Below are positions 63,538 to 64,000 of a DNA stretch of 64,000 nt, piece after piece (the first letter of the stretch is position 1; every line of letters begins with the position of its first letter). The translations under genes were made by a program, and so were the position numbers. The DNA is from Pseudogymnoascus verrucosus. Taxonomy: Eukaryota. The stretch lies in the NCBI GenBank assembly GCA_001662655.1, contig KV460236.1. One strand, 5' to 3'. The notes under the pieces are model-generated. The model saw only the letters and a list, made by a program, of their open reading frames with translations, did not search any database and had not been told where the DNA came from.

Positions 63538-64000
63538 GGATTTGATTGAAGGTGGAAAGCCAGTGGCTGCCGCTGTTGTATGATATTGTCAAATAATACC
63601 CTCGTGTACAATTACAAACCCGCTTCTAACTCCTGCTCCACAAAGATACATAAGCGCTTGCGTGTCCCGGCCTTTAAGCAGCACGGTATAACGACAGTAA
63701 TTAACAAAGTTCCGCTTCCCATGTCTATCTGACACAGCCATCCGTCTTGTGACCCATCACATACACTGCCTCCGCCAATGTCTATCTCCGACCTCGCCAC
63801 CATGTACAACCTAGCCTCACCTCTCAGCCCACTTGAGTAGGGTATACCAGTTCATGCCTTCAAACCGTTGACAGCCGCCAGCAACTGACTCCCCATCCCA
63901 TCCCAAATTCGCTGGCTCACAGGAAGTACAAAAACAACAAGCACACCACTCCAATAAACGTCCCCAAAATCATCATATCCCTCCGCTTCTTCGCACTAAT

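Overview
Eukaryotic, intron-containing DNA from a filamentous ascomycete (Pezizomycotina; a Leotiomycete origin is only a guess). Introns are short GT-AG with CTAAC/CTGAC branch sites. Resolving introns by hand gives 14 protein-coding genes: bZIP-DUF3425 TF, a second bZIP TF, NADP-glutamate dehydrogenase, a secreted ferritin-like (Rds1-type) protein, SSD1/gul-1, GLE1, a small secreted 6-Cys protein, a bHLH TF, PPN1 endopolyphosphatase, an Ayr1-like SDR, a C2H2/fungal-MHR TF, gluconokinase, BCKDH E2 and ATP10. There are also two tandem 5S rRNA genes and two tandem intron-containing tRNA-Leu(AAG) genes. About 15 kb (8.5-23.5 kb) has no convincing gene. I found no intact transposon, CRISPR or biosynthetic cluster. 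The signals most worth following are: a C-rich to G-rich sawtooth skew that resets at introns, a dense E-box array upstream of the bHLH gene, a KP6-like small secreted protein, a candidate structured intron-associated ncRNA near the tRNAs, and a dispersed intergenic TACAGTA motif. All calls were made by eye; no searches were run.
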